This document shows positions 44,941 to 53,867 of a stretch of 64,000 nt of DNA, in pieces (within the stretch, counting starts at the first letter, position 1; each line of letters begins with the position of its first letter). The position numbers were made by a program, and so were the translations under genes. Below the pieces are notes generated by a model. It was not told the DNA's origin. It worked only from the letters and a program-made list of their open reading frames with translations, and searched no databases. This DNA is from an uncultured Acidimicrobiales bacterium (lineage in GTDB: Bacteria > Actinomycetota > Acidimicrobiia > Acidimicrobiales > UBA10347): NCBI GenBank assembly GCA_943788915.1, contig CALSSD010000005.1, positions 434,001 through 498,000 on the forward strand. The letters run 5' to 3'.

Positions 44941-45756
44941 ATGACCGAAAACACACCATCACAGGACAGGGCTCCGTCACTGCCTGGCCTGCTTGCGGCT
45001 GCACTTGCCGTAGTCGCGGTCGTTGTCTCAGTGATCGGTCTGGTTAGTGAAATCCCCTCGCTTGGACTCATCGCTGCCGCCATTGCCGCGATCCTTGCTG
45101 CAGTTGTCGTATGGGTAAACGGCAACTATGACTCACAGAATGAACGCTTGCTCAAGGTCGAAAAGGAACTAACCCGGCTCCAATCAACCGCTATGGCCGA
45201 CTCGATCACCAAGCGAATTACCGGCGAGAAGCCTGCCCCCATCAACACCATCCGCACGCCTGGTGGCGACTTGACAGGCCTCGATATCAGCGACACATCT
45301 GACCTCGCCGACCCAGTGACCGGCCTGCTCGGCGAGCGTTACTTCGTGATCACTCTCGAAGCCCGAGTTGCTGCCGCCCGCCGTCACCTTCGCCCGTTGG
45401 CGCTCATCCTGCTCGAAGCAGTGCACGACCCAACCGGCACAGCTCCTGCCATCGACGCCACCATCGCCGCCGACGTCGTGCGTGAAACCTTACGAGACGC
45501 CGACACCCTGTGCAGATTGCACAACGGCCGCTACGCCATACTGCTCGAAGACACTCCCGAAAACGGCGCTATCTGGACGGTAGAGCGCATCCGTCGTCGT
45601 CTTGGCGAACAGATTGACGATGTCACTGTGTGGGCTGGGATCGCTTGTTACCCAGCAAACGGCTTTGACGGCGCCGAGGTCCTGGACCAGGCCCGTGAAG
45701 CTATTGAGCAGGCTAGTGAATGGCGCCAAGACCGCACCGAAGTCGCCGACAAGTAA
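44941..45756 (+). CDS. Membrane protein with degenerate GGDEF domain
   Basis: Two TM segments, DPVTGL, LRDADTLCR; A-site reads HNGRY. Confidence 0.82.
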   Translation: MTENTPSQDRAPSLPGLLAAALAVVAVVVSVIGLVSEIPSLGLIAAAIAAILAAVVVWVNGNYDSQNERLLKVEKELTRLQSTAMADSITKRITGEKPAPINTIRTPGGDLTGLDISDTSDLADPVTGLLGERYFVITLEARVAAARRHLRPLALILLEAVHDPTGTAPAIDATIAADVVRETLRDADTLCRLHNGRYAILLEDTPENGAIWTVERIRRRLGEQIDDVTVWAGIACYPANGFDGAEVLDQAREAIEQASEWRQDRTEVADK

Positions 45757-45949
45757 CCCCGGGCTTCACATGCTGGGGCGCCTTGCCCCGAGGCCGACCC
45801 GGCCGGCATCAGCCTGCGCACGCTCCTAGCTATCCGCGACTGGATGAGTGGTGAGATCGAGCGCTCTTAGGGCTCGCGTAACTGCCTCACACTCCGCTGC
45901 AGGAACCGGCTCTTAAGCGACCGGCTAAGTCGCACTTGAGCGCAGTTGG

Positions 45950-46126
45950 TTACCAGCGCGGTGGCAGACGGCCGTCTTGCCACCAGCGGCCCGCGTAACG
46001 CCAGGTCGTGGACTGCGGTTCGCGGGCGGCGATGCCACTCGCTGGTTTTGGCCACGACAGTTCAATAGCGGCCACGATTGCAGCCACTTCGTCGTCAGAC
46101 GGACTCCCCTGAACTTCAATCTTCAT
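45950..46126 (-). CDS. Acyl-CoA carboxylase epsilon subunit (58 aa, absent from ORF track)
   Basis: Hand translation MKIEVQGSPSDDEVAAIVAAI...WRYAGRWW; lies behind the carboxylase beta gene. Confidence 0.82.
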   Translation of the reverse strand: MKIEVQGSPSDDEVAAIVAAIELSWPKPASGIAAREPQSTTWRYAGRWWQDGRLPPRW

Positions 46127-46150
46127 GAGGAGACCTTCTCAGACAGAGTC

Positions 46151-46242
46151 GGAGCGACGGAGGAGTGGGCAGAGCGGAGGGACGGAGCGACCCAGCAGAC
46201 CTGACACCATGTCCGACGAACGTCGGCCCGAGCGGAGCGGTG
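46151..46242. repeat. Single inverted copy of modular hairpin element
   Basis: GCGACGGAGGAGT, GCGGAGGGACGGAGC, CCGACGAACGTCGG, GAGCGGAGCGGT. Confidence 0.92.
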
Positions 46243-46244
46243 CA

Positions 46245-47813
46245 TTACAGCGGGACGATGCCGTGTTTGCGGCGGGGTTGTTCTTCGCGTTTGGTGATGA
46301 GCATGTCGAGGCCGGCGATGATCTTGCGTCGGGTGTCGGCGGGGTCGATGACTTCGTCGACGTAACCACGTTCGGCAGCGATGTACGGGTTGGCGTATTG
46401 CTCGATGTACTCGTCGACAAGTTCGTCCTTGCGAGCGGCGCGTTCTGCGTCGGTGCCGAGTTCGCTGAGCTCTCGCCGGTTCACGATCTCGACGGCGCCC
46501 TGAGGGCCCATCACCGCCAGTTCAGCGGTTGGCCACGCGAAGGTCAGGTCGGAGCCGACCGACTTTGAGTCCATCACCACGTACGCACCGCCGTAGGCCT
46601 TGCGGGTCACAACAGAGATACGAGGCACGGTTGCTTCGCAGTAGGCGTAGAGCAGCTTGGCCCCATGGCGGATGATGCCGCCGTATTCCTGGTCAACACC
46701 AGGCAGGAAACCGGGCACGTCGATCAAGGTGATGAGTGGGATGTTGAACGCATCGCAGGTGCGCACGAACCGAGCAGCCTTGGATGAGGACTCGATGTCG
46801 AGCACGCCGGCCAAGATCATTGGCTGGTTTGCCACGATGCCCACGGTACGGCCGCCCATTCGAGCGTGGCCACACACGATCGATTTGGCCCAATGAGGGA
46901 AGTACTCCATGAAGTCGCCATCGTCGACGACAGATTCGACGACCTTGATCATGTCGTAGGGCAAGCTCGATGACTCAGGCATGATCGAGCGCAACTCGAC
47001 GCACGAACGCTCGGGGTCGTCTTTGGGCTCAAAGACCGGCGTGTTCTCAAGGTTGTTCGATGGCAAGAACCCAAGCAGGACCTTGACCGAGTCCAGCACC
47101 TCTTCTTCGGAGTCACCAACATAGGTGGCGACGCCGGACTTGGACGAGTGACTGCCAGCACCGCCGAGTTCTTCGAGCGTGACTTCTTCGCCGGTCACGG
47201 TCTTGACCACATCGGGGCCGGTGATGAACATGTGCGACTTCTCGCGCACCATGAAGATGAAGTCGGTCATTGCCGGGCTGTACACCGCGCCACCGGCACA
47301 TGGGCCGAGGATCACGCTGATCTGTGGGATCACACCTGACGCAGCCACATTGCGACGGAAGATGCCGCCGTAGCCGTCGAGGGCGACGACGCCTTCTTGG
47401 ATGCGGGCGCCTGCACCATCGTTGAGGCCCACAATCGGTGCGCCAACCGACATAGCCAGATCCATGATCTTCTGGGTCTTCTCGGCAAATACCTCGCCGA
47501 GAGCTCCACCCATCACGGTGAAGTCCTGTGAATACACGAAGATCTTGCGGCCGTCGACAGTGCCCCAGCCAGTCACGACACCATCGGTGTACGGACGATC
47601 TGGCAGGCCCGCTTCGGCGGGTGCACGATGGCGAGCCAACATGTCAACCTCGTGGAACGATCCCGGGTCGAGCAGATAGTCAATGCGCTCGCGTGCAAGC
47701 AGCTTGCCCTTGTCGTGCTGGCGAGCGACCGAACGCTCTGATCCTGCATGTATGGCTTGATCGCGGCGCGACTCGAGTTCGTCGAGCCGGTCCTGCATGG
47801 TGCGTTCAGACAT
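46245..47813 (-). CDS. pccB: Acyl-CoA (propionyl-CoA) carboxylase beta subunit
   Basis: GARIQEG, GPCAGGAVYSPA, DVPGFLPG, RKAYGGAY, RKHG. Confidence 0.93.
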   Translation of the reverse strand: MSERTMQDRLDELESRRDQAIHAGSERSVARQHDKGKLLARERIDYLLDPGSFHEVDMLARHRAPAEAGLPDRPYTDGVVTGWGTVDGRKIFVYSQDFTVMGGALGEVFAEKTQKIMDLAMSVGAPIVGLNDGAGARIQEGVVALDGYGGIFRRNVAASGVIPQISVILGPCAGGAVYSPAMTDFIFMVREKSHMFITGPDVVKTVTGEEVTLEELGGAGSHSSKSGVATYVGDSEEEVLDSVKVLLGFLPSNNLENTPVFEPKDDPERSCVELRSIMPESSSLPYDMIKVVESVVDDGDFMEYFPHWAKSIVCGHARMGGRTVGIVANQPMILAGVLDIESSSKAARFVRTCDAFNIPLITLIDVPGFLPGVDQEYGGIIRHGAKLLYAYCEATVPRISVVTRKAYGGAYVVMDSKSVGSDLTFAWPTAELAVMGPQGAVEIVNRRELSELGTDAERAARKDELVDEYIEQYANPYIAAERGYVDEVIDPADTRRKIIAGLDMLITKREEQPRRKHGIVPL

Positions 47814-47973
47814 ATACCGAGAGGATAGGCCAGCCATGCCGCTGGCGAGTAGTGCCCTTGTTTCTCAGATTGTCGGCGGGATCCGGCCGCATTTCGCTCT
47901 GCCTCATCGCGGACCTCCGATACACAACGTGAACCGTCTCGCACGCCCCGGATCGACGTTAGGGTTCGAGGCA

Positions 47974-48585
47974 GTGACAAAGCTCAACAGCGTTGCGGTG
48001 TTTTGCGCATCAAGCAACGACGCAGACCCCGCATACATCGACCTAGCTCAAAGAGTCGGGCAACGATTAGCGCATGAGCGCCTGACACTGATCTACGGCG
48101 GCGGGCACAGTGGGCTCATGGGAGCGGTGGCCCAAGCAAGCATGGAAGCTGGCGGCGAAGTCACCGGGGTAATCCCGGGTGGGCTGTTCACAAATGGGAT
48201 TCCCGAAGACGAAGTAACCACGCTCGAGGTTGTTGCCGACATGCACCAACGCAAAGCTCGCATGTATGAACTCAGCGACGGCTTTATTGGCCTGCCGGGC
48301 GGACTTGGCACCTTCGAAGAGGTCTTCGAAGCCGCCACGTGGACGCAGCTCGGCCTGCACGCAGGTGGGCGGGCAAAGACCGTCGTTTTGCTCGATGAAG
48401 ATGGTTTTTGGGACGGCGCTCACGCCTTGCTCGACAAGGCCACTTCGGGTGGAGTTCTCACCCGGAAGAACCGTCCGATCATCCAGGGTGCGTCAACAAT
48501 CGACGATGCTCTGCGAGCGCTTCGCACACACCGTTCCAGCGACCTCCCTCAGTTCGTAACCGGGCAGCCCAACGAAGGCGCGTAA
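47974..48585 (+). CDS. LOG family nucleotide phosphoribohydrolase
   Basis: YGGGHSGLMG, MHQRK, PGGLGTFEE. Confidence 0.93.
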   Translation: MTKLNSVAVFCASSNDADPAYIDLAQRVGQRLAHERLTLIYGGGHSGLMGAVAQASMEAGGEVTGVIPGGLFTNGIPEDEVTTLEVVADMHQRKARMYELSDGFIGLPGGLGTFEEVFEAATWTQLGLHAGGRAKTVVLLDEDGFWDGAHALLDKATSGGVLTRKNRPIIQGASTIDDALRALRTHRSSDLPQFVTGQPNEGA

Positions 48586-48604
48586 CCCAACGGCCCGCCA
48601 CCCG

Positions 48605-48648
48605 CGTCACGCGGGGTCAGACCCTCCGTCACGCGGGGTCAGACCCTC
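48605..48648. repeat. 2 x 22 bp direct repeat with GGGTCAGACCC palindrome
   Basis: CGTCACGCGGGGTCAGACCCTC twice, between convergent genes. Confidence 0.85.
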
Positions 48649-48708
48649 CGTGACACGACGAGCCAGCCGACACCGCGCAAGCTTCGACTCAGAGCAGGCT
48701 GCTCGACC

Positions 48709-49851
48709 CTAGGGGCGAGGCACGAGGCGGGCCCAGGTGCGGATCTCGTTCAGGTAGAGCTCGGGCTGTTCGAAGGCTGCGAAGTGGCCACCTTTGTCGA
48801 GACGGTTCCAGTGGACGATGTTCTTGAACCGTTTCTCGGCCCACCGCTGTGATGGCCGCATGATTTCTTTGGGGAAGATGGACCCACCCATGGGGATGTG
48901 CACATCGCCGGGGCGAGTCTTGCCGAAGCTCTCCCAGTACAGGCGAGCCGACGAGGCTGCCGTCTGGGTAAGCCAATAGATCATCACATTGTCGAGCAGT
49001 TCGTCGCGGCTCAAGATGTCTTCGGGACTGCCGTTGTTGTCGGTCCAGGCGTAGAACTTCTCGAGGATCCATGCGGCCTGGCCACTCGGTGAATCAGCCA
49101 AGCCGTAGGCCACGGTCTGGGGGCGGGTGGCCTGTTGTTTGGAATAGCCGCTGTCCCAGTCGTTATAGAACTTCAGGGCGGCCATGCCGTCCTTTTCTTC
49201 GTCGGTCCAGTTGTCCTTATTGGCCATGTCGGGACCAACCCATGGCATGTTCAGGTGGATGCCGAGGCAGTGATCTGGATCAAGAGCGCCGATTGCACCC
49301 GTGACCGCCGAGCCCCAGTCGCCGCCCTGCGCGAGATAGGTGTCGTAGCCAAGCTTTGCCATGAGATGGCCCCATGCCGTAGCAATCTTCTCGACCCCCC
49401 ATCCCGTCTCGGTCGGTTTGTCGCTGAAACCAAAACCAGGCAGTGATGGCGCCACCACGTGAAAGGCGTCGGCCGCATCGCCGCCGTAGGCCACCGGGTC
49501 GACAAGTGGTTCGATGACCTTGTGGAACTCAACTATCGACCCTGGCCAGCCGTGGGTGATCAACAGCGGCCGGGCCTCGGGATGGGGGCTGCGCTGGTGG
49601 ATGAAGTGAATACCTAGGCCGTCGACCTGGGTGCGGAAATGGTCGAACCGATTCAGCAACGCTTCGCGCACCCGCCAGTCATAGTCCTTAGCCCAGTACT
49701 CGCAGACTTCTTGCACGTACGACAGCGGGATGCCCTGCGTCCAGTCCTCGACCAACTCTGCCTCGGGCCACCTGGTGTTGCTCAGCCGCTGCCTTAGATC
49801 AGCTAGCTGTTCATCAGTCGCCGCGATCGTGAACGCCTCAATCTCACTCAT
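48709..49851 (-). CDS. Epoxide hydrolase
   Basis: HGWPGS, QGGDWGS, GGHFAAFEQP. Confidence 0.95.
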   Translation of the reverse strand: MSEIEAFTIAATDEQLADLRQRLSNTRWPEAELVEDWTQGIPLSYVQEVCEYWAKDYDWRVREALLNRFDHFRTQVDGLGIHFIHQRSPHPEARPLLITHGWPGSIVEFHKVIEPLVDPVAYGGDAADAFHVVAPSLPGFGFSDKPTETGWGVEKIATAWGHLMAKLGYDTYLAQGGDWGSAVTGAIGALDPDHCLGIHLNMPWVGPDMANKDNWTDEEKDGMAALKFYNDWDSGYSKQQATRPQTVAYGLADSPSGQAAWILEKFYAWTDNNGSPEDILSRDELLDNVMIYWLTQTAASSARLYWESFGKTRPGDVHIPMGGSIFPKEIMRPSQRWAEKRFKNIVHWNRLDKGGHFAAFEQPELYLNEIRTWARLVPRP

Positions 49852-49919
49852 CTACGCAACCTAGTTGCGCTTGTGTCTGCGAACGAATTGTTATGTCCCC
49901 CTGGGGAAGTAACAATTGG

Positions 49920-50777
49920 CTAGCGGAGGAGGGACTGGCCGTCGATGCGTTCGCAGAACTCTTCCCAGCCGGGTTTTGGTCCTTCGTAGAGCAGGCTGTC
50001 CACATCACCGACCTCGGGGCCTTCGGTAGCGACGGTGGCGATGCGGCGGAAGAGGAAGGCATCTTCGACATGCTCGACCAAGGTGGCGCAGAGTTTGGCC
50101 GCACTGCGCACCTTTACATCCCAGTCGGCAGGATCAGCAGGGATGTTCTCGAGATGAACGTATCGAGCCAGCAGGGTGGCCGTTGACTTGGCGCCCCAAC
50201 CCTGGAGCCCGGGAAATCCATCGGCGGTATCGCCAACGAGCGCTAGGTAGTCGGGGATCGATTCGGGCTTCACGCCCCACTTTTCGATCACGCCGGCTTC
50301 GTCGCGAAGTATCTGCTGGCGCCGGTCGAACTGCACGACCCGGCCATCGCTCGTCACACACTGCGCAAGGTCCTTGTCGGGGGTGCAGATAAATACTCGC
50401 TCGACTCGTTCGTCGGCAGCCGCCATGGCTGCACCTGCGGCCATGCCGTCGTCGGCTTCGTATTCGATCATTGGCCAGACCTTGAAACCAGCGAGTGCCA
50501 GGCCTTCTTCGATGAGCGGGAACTGCGACATGAGTTCCTCGGGAACACCTTCGCCGTTCTTGTATCCCTCGTAGAGGTCATTACGCCACGACTCGATCAC
50601 ACTGTCGGTCGCAACCGCGATATGGGTCACCCCCTCGTTGCGCACCATGGACAGCATCGAGCGCAAGACACCACGTGTCGCTCCAACCTCCTGGCCGGAC
50701 GCAGTGATGTGTCCGCCACCCGGCGCAAAGTGGTAACGGAACAATTCGTATGTGCCATCGATCAGGTGGACCTGCAT
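49920..50777 (-). CDS. 5'-3' exonuclease / flap endonuclease
   Basis: LIDGTYELFR, EADD, DKDLAQ, LVGDTADGFPG. Confidence 0.93.
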   Translation of the reverse strand: MQVHLIDGTYELFRYHFAPGGGHITASGQEVGATRGVLRSMLSMVRNEGVTHIAVATDSVIESWRNDLYEGYKNGEGVPEELMSQFPLIEEGLALAGFKVWPMIEYEADDGMAAGAAMAAADERVERVFICTPDKDLAQCVTSDGRVVQFDRRQQILRDEAGVIEKWGVKPESIPDYLALVGDTADGFPGLQGWGAKSTATLLARYVHLENIPADPADWDVKVRSAAKLCATLVEHVEDAFLFRRIATVATEGPEVGDVDSLLYEGPKPGWEEFCERIDGQSLLR

Positions 50778-50858
50778 GGTGGTTCCTTCGGTAGGACGAT
50801 GCGGTCGCTAGCATCGCAGGATCAACCTTATGACGTCCATTGAAAGAGTTGATTCTGT

Positions 50859-51905
50859 ATGGGCCTGACTCCTGACGAGATCGCTCATCGAGCGTTCACC
50901 CCCAGCGTTGATGGCTATCACCAAGGCGAGGTTCGTTCCTTCCTTGATCGGATCGCGGCCCAACTCCGCAGCCTGCAGTCGGCACTACCCGAGGGTCGGG
51001 TCGAACTTGCTGAATTCACCACCGCACTCCAGGATCGCGAACCACGTCTCGCAGCGCTCCAAGATCAGTTGCATGACATGCTCGCAGAGCTCACTGCGGC
51101 GACATCACTCATGAAGGAAGCCCAGGTCGAGGCCACATCGCAACTATCGGAAGCGTCCTCGCAGCTAGCTGCGGCCCAGCAGATGTCTGCCGACCACGCA
51201 GCGGCTCTCGCAGCGGCGGCCAGCCAACGAACCGACGCCAGCAGCAGCGCCGCAGAACAACGAGCACTCCTTGAGCGGCTTACGAGTGATCAACGTTCGA
51301 TGACGTCACACCTTGAGATCGTTCAGAAACTCACCACCCAACAACGCGAAGCAGCCGAACACCTCGCCACCACCGGCCAACAACAAACCACACAACTCCA
51401 GGTCGTTCAGAAACTCACCTCAGAACAACGCGAAGCAGCCGACTATCTCGCGTTGGCGAACGAGCAGGCCACGGTGCAACTTGCAACTGCCCAAAAGTTG
51501 GCTACGGAACAACGCGAGGCCAGCAACCACCTCGTCGCAGCGGGACGACAGCAAGTGGCGCAACTCGAAGCAGCGCAGCGATTGACCTCCCGCCAAGCCG
51601 AGGCCGCCGAACAACTCAGCACGGCAAGTGATCTAGCTGCCCAACGTCTTGCCGAGGCTGCGACGGCGGCATCGATCGCCAGCGCTGCGCCTTCAGCCAG
51701 TATCCCGAAGGTGTACACCGATCCTGCCGGTCAGGCAGCACCTACTTCGGCCTCACGGACCGTCCGGCCTTCCGATGGAACCATGTCACTTTTTGCATTG
51801 GACCTCGACGACCAACCAATGTTCTCGGATAACGCAAATGATCTGCTTGATGGCGTCTTAGACGACGTTATGGAAAACATCAACGACGAAGGAGACCAAT
51901 CATGA
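50859..51905 (+). CDS. DivIVA-domain coiled-coil protein
   Basis: LTPDEI..RAF...GYHQGEVRSFLD N-terminus; 28 aa internal repeats. Confidence 0.8.
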   Translation: MGLTPDEIAHRAFTPSVDGYHQGEVRSFLDRIAAQLRSLQSALPEGRVELAEFTTALQDREPRLAALQDQLHDMLAELTAATSLMKEAQVEATSQLSEASSQLAAAQQMSADHAAALAAAASQRTDASSSAAEQRALLERLTSDQRSMTSHLEIVQKLTTQQREAAEHLATTGQQQTTQLQVVQKLTSEQREAADYLALANEQATVQLATAQKLATEQREASNHLVAAGRQQVAQLEAAQRLTSRQAEAAEQLSTASDLAAQRLAEAATAASIASAAPSASIPKVYTDPAGQAAPTSASRTVRPSDGTMSLFALDLDDQPMFSDNANDLLDGVLDDVMENINDEGDQS

Positions 51906-53083
51906 CCAAGACAGTGATCGCCGGCGGTGCACGCACCCCCATCGGTAGGCTCTCAGGCGGCTTCGCCAGCCTCAGTGGAGCCGAACTCGGTGGCCATGCG
52001 ATAGCCGCCGCACTTGAGCGTTCAAACGTCGCCGCCAGCGATGTTGACTACGTCATCATGGGCCAGGTGCTGCAAGCTGGTGCAGGACAAATCACCGCCC
52101 GCCAAGCCGCAAACCATGCAGGCATCCCGTTATCGGTCCCGTCGACCACCATCAACAAGGTGTGCCTCAGCGGCATGAACGCGATCTACTTGGCATGGCG
52201 CATGATCATGGCCGGCGATGCCGACATCGTCGTTGCTGGCGGCATGGAATCCATGACAAATGCACCCCACCTGCTCACCGGTACCCGAGGTGGCTGGAAG
52301 CTCGGCGATCAGAGCGCCGTCGACTCACTCAACCACGACGGCCTCTTCTGCTCACTCGAACATGAGTTGATGGGCACCGCAACTGACCGTTACGTGGCCA
52401 GCACCAGCTTCGACCGGGTTATGCAGGACGAAATCGCCCAGGCATCACATGCCCGGGCGGCAGCCGCACAGAAGAACGGCACACTTGCCGAAGAAATCGC
52501 TGCCGTTTCGGTACCACAACGCCGCGGCGACCCGATCGTGGTTGCCGACGACGAAGGCATCCGCCCCGCAACCACCATGGAATCACTCGGCAGCCTCCGT
52601 CCTGCATTCACTGCGTCAGGCAACATCACTGCGGGCAACGCATCGCAGATCAGCGATGGCGCTTCGGCGACCGTGATCATGTCGGCAGCGAAGGCCCAGG
52701 AGCTAGGCGTCGACACGTTCGCCGAACTTGTGTCCTACGGCCAAGTTGCTGGACCAGATTGCTCACTGCTCACCCAGCCATCACAAGCGATTGCCGCAGC
52801 GCTGTCCCGGGCCGACGACGTCAGCCAGTCAGATCTGTCGCTCTACGAAATCAACGAAGCGTTCGCGGCAGTGGCAGCCGCATCGATCGACGAGCTTGGT
52901 ATCTCGTTCGACGACGTCAACGTAAATGGTGGCGCTGTTGCCCTCGGGCATCCGATCGGCGCATCAGGAAATCGACTCGTTCTCACGCTGGCCCACGAAC
53001 TACGTCGCCGTGGCGGTGGCCTTGGTGCGGCCGCCTTGTGCGGCGGTGGCGGCCAAGGCGATGCCTTGATACTTCGCGTCTGA
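51902..53083 (+). CDS. Acetyl-CoA C-acetyltransferase (thiolase)
   Basis: NKVCLSG, NEAFA, GHPIGASG, CGGGG. Confidence 0.96.
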   Translation: MTKTVIAGGARTPIGRLSGGFASLSGAELGGHAIAAALERSNVAASDVDYVIMGQVLQAGAGQITARQAANHAGIPLSVPSTTINKVCLSGMNAIYLAWRMIMAGDADIVVAGGMESMTNAPHLLTGTRGGWKLGDQSAVDSLNHDGLFCSLEHELMGTATDRYVASTSFDRVMQDEIAQASHARAAAAQKNGTLAEEIAAVSVPQRRGDPIVVADDEGIRPATTMESLGSLRPAFTASGNITAGNASQISDGASATVIMSAAKAQELGVDTFAELVSYGQVAGPDCSLLTQPSQAIAAALSRADDVSQSDLSLYEINEAFAAVAAASIDELGISFDDVNVNGGAVALGHPIGASGNRLVLTLAHELRRRGGGLGAAALCGGGGQGDALILRV

Positions 53084-53180
53084 CACGCGATGCGAACTTG
53101 CGACAATTGATCCCGAATTTTGGGTATGTCACGATCATGTTTAGCTTGACATTCTTGGTGCAGCCCGTGACAGTGTTGCT

Positions 53181-53284
53181 AGAAGCAGGTGAGGGGAGTT
53201 CTCTCTTCTTACCCGCTGCCAGGGTGTCGTCAACTCTCTAACTCTGCCCGTGCCCGAGAGTCGACGGCACCCTGGTGGCGTTTT
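53181..53284 (+). ncRNA. Candidate small RNA or structured leader
   Basis: TTGACA at 53146, two long hairpins, then TTTT; no family recognised. Confidence 0.4.
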
Positions 53285-53375
53285 CCGGTGAGGCGCAACC
53301 GCCAAGTGAGCACAAGGAACGGGCTCCCACCCTCAAGTTCAGTGCTCACACGCCGACGAAGAACGGGTGCCATCA

Positions 53376-53867
53376 ATGAGTGCTGAACCGGCAGCAAACT
53401 CGACCGCCGACCGGGCAGCGGCGCCTCGCCTACGTTCGCATCTCGCATTGTTACGCGCGGTGCCCATACTCGTGCTGTTGGTCGCCATCGCTGCCCAGGC
53501 CACCTTGATGACGACCGTCAATGCTGACCGCCAGGCTGGCAGCGGCTTCGCCATGTTCTCCTCGGTCGATTTTGCGGGGTCTCGCTCGGTGGTCGTGACC
53601 GCCACCTACAACGACGATGTTGTCGACGTACGACTCCCCATCTCAACGACTGACCAGGTCGACGGGCTCCTCCGATCGCCCACCGAGGATAGTGCCGCTC
53701 AACTAGCCCGAGATCTAGGTGAGTTCGAGTGGGTCGAGCAAGATGGCCGCATTCGTGCCACTGCTGACGGCACGAATATTGATGGTTTCTCGGTAACCGT
53801 CAGACGCCTCACTGCCGATGGCCATGAACTCGGCTCCGAGGTACTGGCTCATGCGGTGGCCCCGTGA
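53376..53867 (+). CDS. Membrane-anchored protein, partner of HTTM-like gene
   Basis: N-terminal TM then GSGFAMFSSVD; 4 bp overlap with next gene. Confidence 0.7.
   Translation: MSAEPAANSTADRAAAPRLRSHLALLRAVPILVLLVAIAAQATLMTTVNADRQAGSGFAMFSSVDFAGSRSVVVTATYNDDVVDVRLPISTTDQVDGLLRSPTEDSAAQLARDLGEFEWVEQDGRIRATADGTNIDGFSVTVRRLTADGHELGSEVLAHAVAP

Noticed and set aside
53181..53352. Retron msr/msd or tRNA
   Set aside because: No reverse transcriptase in the window and no tRNA arms.
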